A stretch of DNA of 64,000 nt from an uncultured virus (IMG/VR IMGVR_UViG_3300010998_001248) (lineage: Duplodnaviria > Heunggongvirae > Uroviricota > Caudoviricetes). Of this stretch, positions 58,969 through 64,000 are shown piece after piece. Numbering within the stretch: the stretch's first letter is position 1; each line of letters starts with the position of its first letter. A program made the translations under genes and the position numbers. The DNA lies in the IMG/VR virus record IMGVR_UViG_3300010998_001248; one strand, 5' to 3'. A model generated the notes under the pieces. The model did not search any database, had not been told where the DNA came from, and saw only the letters and a program-made list of their open reading frames with translations.

Positions 58969-61320
58969 TTATTCACACTTGGAATAGCCACATTCGATAC
59001 AATTAACGCATTTACCTTCAGGCTTCAATGTTCGCTTTCCGCATTCAGGACAGATAGCCAGGTCTTTATGTTCTTCTTTAGCAACCAATATAGGCATTTC
59101 TTTTTCGATTACTGCCTTATCCACTTTGCTTTTACCATGCTGCTCACCTAACATCCTATAACTTTCTTCTAATGCATCAGCGATACAGGAAGGACAGGAT
59201 TTATTGATTTCTTTATGACCATTGCGAATCATATTAGCACATGCAGGACAGATAGCCGAACGAAGGTCTTTAACAATATCCTCTACTTTACCGCCTAACC
59301 GCAACGCTAAGGAAGTCAACCTTGTGATTGTATTGATATTTGCTTGACAACCGCTGTCAGCACCAACAAATACTTCAAAAGGCTTACCATCTTTTTCATT
59401 AACAGTTACATAGAAGTTTCTGACGCAAGCTGTATGGTACACATACGTTCTTCCAAATAAAGCAGGAATATCATTACGTTTTACAGGACTTACAGAATCC
59501 AACTCTACTTTTTTCAAGACAGGCTCTTGAGCTTCGTTATTATCAGTAGTTTCTTCTTTCTTTCCTAAGATACTCAGGCGTTTGCAATTTTCTCTGAATA
59601 CTGTAATACCTTTGCAACCAGCTTTCCATGCCTTGATATACAGATTGAAAATATCCTCTTCTGTTGCTGATTCTTTAAGGTTTACAGTAGAGCTGATAGC
59701 ATTATCAACGTATTTCTGTAATGCTGCCTGGAACTCAACTCTTTCTTCCGGTTTAATATCATAAGTATCAACTACATAAGGAAAGCGATTTTTGATTTCT
59801 TCAATGGTAATATTGTCTGGATCAATACCTTTTACCTTGAGCAAGTGCCATACTGACTTAGCGTAAATATGGAATGTTTTTCCTTCAGCCTGTAACGCAT
59901 GAGTAGTTCTGTCATAGCTTACCTGGAATACTGGCTCAATACCACCTGTATGACCGCACATTGTACTAATCGTACCAGTAGGAGCAATGCTCAGTAATGA
60001 GCCGTTTCCTAAACCATATTTGCGTATTGCATCTTTAGTTTTATTAGGCAAGCTATTCACATAATCTGATTTAAAGATATAATCAACATCAAATTTATCA
60101 AAAGAAGCTACTTCTTGCGCTATTTCATTGCTTATCAGGAAAGCTTGCAGTTTCATTGTTAAACCGACTGTTTTAATGAACTCAATAGATTCTTTAGAGC
60201 CATATCTTAACCCCAAAGCAATTAAGGCATCAGCTACTCCAAATAAACCTAAGCCAATAGCTCTCCAGTCTTTAATGCATTTCCTGTTTGCATCTAAAGG
60301 CTGCATACTGAATCCATAATTAAGTGTTTCATCTAATGCTCTTATACCTAATTCAACAAGGTCTTTAAACTTAGTGTAATCAAAATAAGCAGAATCAGTA
60401 AAAGGTCTTTTCACGCAATTATAGAGATTGATAGAGCCAAGATTGCAGCTATTGTATTCATTACCGAAATACTCAGCACAAGGATTGCTTACATTGATTT
60501 TATAATCTTCTTCAGGATAACCGGAAAGAATATTAGATCGCCTAACTGTATCAATAAAGATAGCTCCTGGTTCTGCATAATCCCACTGTTTAGCTGCAAA
60601 CTTTTTGAAAAATTCCCTTGCGTTAATTTCTTTCTCAATATGCTCTCCTGTAGCACCTGTAAAGAATGAGAGCTTGTAATTTTCGTTGTTTTCTACAGCT
60701 TTCATAAATTCATCAGTAAACAAGATACTGATATTAGCTGCCTGAATCTTATCGTTATTCTGCTTGATTTCTAAAAATTCTTCATTATCAGGATGGTTAC
60801 AATTCAAACCAATCAGGAGTGCTGCTCTCCTGTGATTACATCCAATGATTTCTCCAATCTGATTAAACAAATCCATAAAGCTAACCGCACCTGTAGAAGT
60901 TCTTGCAGCATTGTTTACTTTAGAATCTTTTGGTCTGAGATTAGAGATATTAAGACCGCAACCACCACCATAAGAGAAGATTCTTGCCATGATTTTACAC
61001 GTATCAACAATAGATTCAATATTATCATCAGGCATTGGCAAGATATAGCAATTGCTCATACTTGCCTTGAATTTCCCTTTAGAACCAGCTCCATAAAGAC
61101 TCCTGCCACCCAAGAAGAAATCACCATCATACATAGCCTGTTTAACACGATATTTAATATTATCGCTAAAAATACTGCTTACACGATTAGCAAAATCATC
61201 AAAGGTTTTCTCTCCTTCATGGAGATATTTGTCACGAATGATACGCTTGGCAAGTGGTTCTTCATACCAAGCACCGAACATATTAGTATTACTTACCAAT
61301 GTCAATACCCTCTTCGTCAA
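58969..61320 (-). CDS. nrdJ: Class II (adenosylcobalamin) ribonucleotide reductase
   Basis: SNCY, NPCAE, CNLGSINL, IAPTGT, KGITVFR; C-terminal TSCPD-like and zinc-ribbon segments. Confidence 0.9.
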   Translation of the reverse strand: MTKRVLTLVSNTNMFGAWYEEPLAKRIIRDKYLHEGEKTFDDFANRVSSIFSDNIKYRVKQAMYDGDFFLGGRSLYGAGSKGKFKASMSNCYILPMPDDNIESIVDTCKIMARIFSYGGGCGLNISNLRPKDSKVNNAARTSTGAVSFMDLFNQIGEIIGCNHRRAALLIGLNCNHPDNEEFLEIKQNNDKIQAANISILFTDEFMKAVENNENYKLSFFTGATGEHIEKEINAREFFKKFAAKQWDYAEPGAIFIDTVRRSNILSGYPEEDYKINVSNPCAEYFGNEYNSCNLGSINLYNCVKRPFTDSAYFDYTKFKDLVELGIRALDETLNYGFSMQPLDANRKCIKDWRAIGLGLFGVADALIALGLRYGSKESIEFIKTVGLTMKLQAFLISNEIAQEVASFDKFDVDYIFKSDYVNSLPNKTKDAIRKYGLGNGSLLSIAPTGTISTMCGHTGGIEPVFQVSYDRTTHALQAEGKTFHIYAKSVWHLLKVKGIDPDNITIEEIKNRFPYVVDTYDIKPEERVEFQAALQKYVDNAISSTVNLKESATEEDIFNLYIKAWKAGCKGITVFRENCKRLSILGKKEETTDNNEAQEPVLKKVELDSVSPVKRNDIPALFGRTYVYHTACVRNFYVTVNEKDGKPFEVFVGADSGCQANINTITRLTSLALRLGGKVEDIVKDLRSAICPACANMIRNGHKEINKSCPSCIADALEESYRMLGEQHGKSKVDKAVIEKEMPILVAKEEHKDLAICPECGKRTLKPEGKCVNCIECGYSKCE

Positions 61321-61354
61321 TTACTGTGATTTCGTGTTCTTTAGTATCTAACTC

Positions 61355-62017
61355 CTAGATCATATATACACGCTTATTAAAAAGAGTAGATACACCACGC
61401 ACAATAAATCTAACATTCTCTACCGGACGAGATTCAAACATCCTATAATATTTGTCTTTGCTATTATCAGTATAGTACTTCTCAAATTCCTTATTAATCG
61501 TTCCTTTTGAAATGGCGTCTTTTAAATACACATTACGTTTGTCACCGCCAGAGTATGTATTTCCTGCATTTGTGATTTTAACAACTGTATTGATAGGAAT
61601 AGCACGTTTAGGATATTCACCATCTATTTTCAAAGCAATTTCATTAAAAAACTGATTTTCACATCTTGCTAAAGCAATATCAAAGCCAGTTCTCAAATCA
61701 AACTTATCTTCAGGAGAACATTTTGCGATACCAACGTATTCTTTACCATCTTTGACAAGTTTTACGATTACGATATTTTTTTCTACTTTAACTGTAGTTC
61801 CGTTATAAGAATAATCATAGGACTTGTCTAATTTTTCAGAACTACTCAAAAACAGGTTTCCACCAGGGCTGCCTACAATGCAATCAACATTAATATTTCC
61901 GATTTTACGGCTATCTCTCAGATAACCGACAAAAATAAATGTATTACCGACTAATTTTTTATTTTCTGCTTTATTATTGAGAATAACTTTTTCGCCAATT
62001 TTAAACATCAAGCTCAT
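61355..62017 (-). CDS. Hypothetical protein
   Basis: AKCSPEDKFD..TG..IALAR motif common in phage proteins. Confidence 0.6.
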   Translation of the reverse strand: MSLMFKIGEKVILNNKAENKKLVGNTFIFVGYLRDSRKIGNINVDCIVGSPGGNLFLSSSEKLDKSYDYSYNGTTVKVEKNIVIVKLVKDGKEYVGIAKCSPEDKFDLRTGFDIALARCENQFFNEIALKIDGEYPKRAIPINTVVKITNAGNTYSGGDKRNVYLKDAISKGTINKEFEKYYTDNSKDKYYRMFESRPVENVRFIVRGVSTLFNKRVYMI

Positions 62018-62025
62018 TCCTCCTC

Positions 62026-62352
62026 TTACAGCGCAATCGCTACATTATCAGCTAAAACTTCATTGGTGTAGACTGTTTTACCCTCTTTATTCTTATAGCT
62101 ACCAGTCTGCCAAGTACCAGTGATTAAAACGTCAGTACCTTTAGATACATTTTCCATAACCTTATCAGCAAGCTCTTTGAAACACTTAATGTTAAAGTTA
62201 TTGTATTTTGCTTTATTATCCTTGTCTTTTCCTGCATATACACCAATACGGAAAGAAGCAATGTTCATGCTGCTTGCCTGGTGAATCTCAACATCATTAG
62301 ATACACGACCTGCCAAAACTACTTTATTTGTGCTATACATATTATTTATCAC
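62026..62352 (-). CDS. ssb: Single-stranded DNA-binding protein lacking an acidic tail
   Basis: NKVVLAGR...KG..VLITG...Y.NKEG..VYTNEVLAD. Confidence 0.88.
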   Translation of the reverse strand: MINNMYSTNKVVLAGRVSNDVEIHQASSMNIASFRIGVYAGKDKDNKAKYNNFNIKCFKELADKVMENVSKGTDVLITGTWQTGSYKNKEGKTVYTNEVLADNVAIAL

Positions 62353-62355
62353 CTT

Positions 62356-62925
62356 TTATCTTTCTAATAATTTATTATAAATATCTTCTTTTACTGCAAA
62401 AACAAAATCTAAATACCTATTTGAATCAGGACTTGGACTTATCATACTTACGATCTCTGCATTATCTTGAGCAAAGAAGTTTTCCAAAACCTTGAAATTC
62501 TTATTTTCCATATCTAAGACTGTATGCCTTGTTTTATGTAAGATAATATCTTGGAATATAGCTTGCGGGATTAGATAACAGAACCCTTTAATGTGAACGA
62601 TTCCAAATTGTGTAAGTTCATAGAACCTCTTAAACACCTTATATTGTTTTTTCTTATTTTCAATTTTTATGTTCTGGTCTATTAACCCTTGAATATTGAA
62701 ATCTCCACTGAATTTATCACCAAATTCTTTAGCTAATTCTTTTTTTGAGCCACTTGCAAAAGTCTTATCAATAGGAATGTTCCAGTCATTAAACAGCGCA
62801 AATAACTTTTTTTCTGCATATTTACCAGTATTCCTATTCCGTTTTCCAATGGCTCTACGTTTACTTACCTCCTTCCTGTCACACTTAGTAACTGTACATT
62901 GAGAACAAAGGCATTTACTCCTCAA
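62356..62925 (-). CDS. PD-(D/E)xK nuclease, Holliday junction resolvase-like
   Basis: G...E...ASGS...GD...IENK. Confidence 0.6.
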   Translation of the reverse strand: MRSKCLCSQCTVTKCDRKEVSKRRAIGKRNRNTGKYAEKKLFALFNDWNIPIDKTFASGSKKELAKEFGDKFSGDFNIQGLIDQNIKIENKKKQYKVFKRFYELTQFGIVHIKGFCYLIPQAIFQDIILHKTRHTVLDMENKNFKVLENFFAQDNAEIVSMISPSPDSNRYLDFVFAVKEDIYNKLLER

Positions 62926-63057
62926 TTCTTTTAGGCTTCACTTTCGGATTATACGCCCAACAACCTGGTTTTTTAGGGCAATATTTAGCTTCTTTTAATT
63001 TTTCAAGCTTGAGCTTTTCTTTTTCTAAAATTTCTACTTCTGTAAGTTTTCTTTTCC

Positions 63058-63669
63058 TCATTGTTCCTCCATCATCATTGCTTGTACTCTTTTCACTAAT
63101 TGCTTCATGCTGCCATTATTATCAATCACAAAATCGCATTTTTCTTTAAGAGATGGAATTTCAATCTCAGATTCCTTTGTGAGAATATCTATGTCATAAT
63201 ATCCATCACGTTCTTTCAGGCGATTGTAGATAATATGATCGGAAACATCTATGAAAACCTTATATGCTTCTGGAAAAGATTCAAGTTCAAATAACCTTCG
63301 GCAATCAGTAATAACACATTTGTTTTTATCAGCAAAATGTTTTACAGGATTAACCCAAACATCATTTTTGATTTTCCTCATATCTGTTCCGACTGTCTGA
63401 AGCAACAACCTGTCTTTTTTGTCATTGCAAGGAATATCACGATACCTTTTATAAGCCTGGAAAGCTGCTTCGCCTGAAAGACCAACAACGTTTACCATGA
63501 AGCTCATAACGTTCATTACATCACCAAGCCTGATATAACTGCAAAGTATCTTTAAGTTATTACCAAAAGCAACCATTTTGTACCCAAATTGATTTTCAAG
63601 AATTGTGCCTACTGTATCTTTACCGGAACAAGGGAAACCACAAAGCAGTATAGTTTTCTTTTTAATCAT
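63058..63669 (-). CDS. Deoxynucleoside monophosphate kinase
   Basis: GFPCSGKDT P-loop, RLLLQTVGT, ITDCR, SE. Confidence 0.85.
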   Translation of the reverse strand: MIKKKTILLCGFPCSGKDTVGTILENQFGYKMVAFGNNLKILCSYIRLGDVMNVMSFMVNVVGLSGEAAFQAYKRYRDIPCNDKKDRLLLQTVGTDMRKIKNDVWVNPVKHFADKNKCVITDCRRLFELESFPEAYKVFIDVSDHIIYNRLKERDGYYDIDILTKESEIEIPSLKEKCDFVIDNNGSMKQLVKRVQAMMMEEQ

Positions 63670-64000
63670 TTACTCTCCTTCATATATTTCTCTTGATAGT
63701 AAGGACAGAACTCATTTACGCTACAATAATCTTTGCATTTCAGATCATTCCATCTTACTTTACATACTGGTGGTAACTCATTTGTCTTTAAAGCTTTCAT
63801 TAATCTGTCATACTTAGCTTTCATGTACATTCTTATCCAATGTTCGCTGATTCCATGTAGATTGATTACATAACTCATCTTTGTTAATCCGTATGATTTT
63901 GCAGTTTTATCTAATCCACCACGAATAAGCATCTGGACTTTGATATTCTTTACTTTCAAGCCAACCTTTTTCATTAAGATTTTGTAATATGACAATTGTT
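63666..64000 (-). CDS. C-terminal part of a Cas4-like PD-(D/E)xK exonuclease (5' end outside the window)
   Basis: QLSYY at the window edge; C...CKDYC.V..FCPYY cluster. Confidence 0.6.
   Translation of the reverse strand, partial: QLSYYKILMKKVGLKVKNIKVQMLIRGGLDKTAKSYGLTKMSYVINLHGISEHWIRMYMKAKYDRLMKALKTNELPPVCKVRWNDLKCKDYCSVNEFCPYYQEKYMKESK

Noticed and set aside
607..63817. Many short plus-strand ORFs antisense to real genes (for example 1111-1584, 37518-38066, 60793-61329) and ORF 43406-43651 over the tRNAs
   Set aside because: They lack RBSs or motifs and are explained as shadows of minus-strand genes or tRNAs.
63666..64000. CRISPR-Cas locus suggested by the Cas4-like cysteine cluster
   Set aside because: The neighbours are replication and nucleotide genes, and solo Cas4-like nucleases are common in phages.
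1..64000. Stop-codon reassignment
   Set aside because: Large genes are intact under the standard code and no suppressor tRNA is present.

Overview
The window is 64 kb of a large, AT-rich tailed (siphovirus-type) phage or prophage of a Firmicutes host. A spanin-like overlapping gene pair suggests a diderm host such as Negativicutes (inference). Almost all genes are on the minus strand. From right to left: nucleotide metabolism and replication genes (Cas4-like nuclease end, dNMP kinase, resolvase, SSB, class II RNR, ThyX-like, dUTPase); a tyrosine recombinase; a TerS-like gene; a plus-strand, very AT-rich block of small early-type genes interrupted by an IS21 element with a 6-bp target duplication; a non-coding region with 5 tRNAs and large structured RNA candidates; terminase, portal, capsid and tail genes; lysis genes; a complete diversity-generating retroelement (target fibre, Avd, TR, RT); and a DNA-metabolism block with a split DnaE and three methyltransferases. 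The best candidate for an undescribed system lies inside the tail operon: a tail fibre ending in (Asn/Asp-Cys)x6, followed by a stand-alone degenerate Hint-domain protein, two radical SAM/SPASM enzymes and two unknown proteins. This looks like RiPP-type maturation of a virion protein. Other notable observations are G8 tracts in all three methyltransferase genes, non-adenine TR/VR mismatches in the DGR, an intein-less split DnaE, a ~620-nt ornate RNA candidate next to the tRNAs, and an L,D-transpeptidase-family gene in the endolysin position. All product calls come from motif recognition by eye; no database searches were run.
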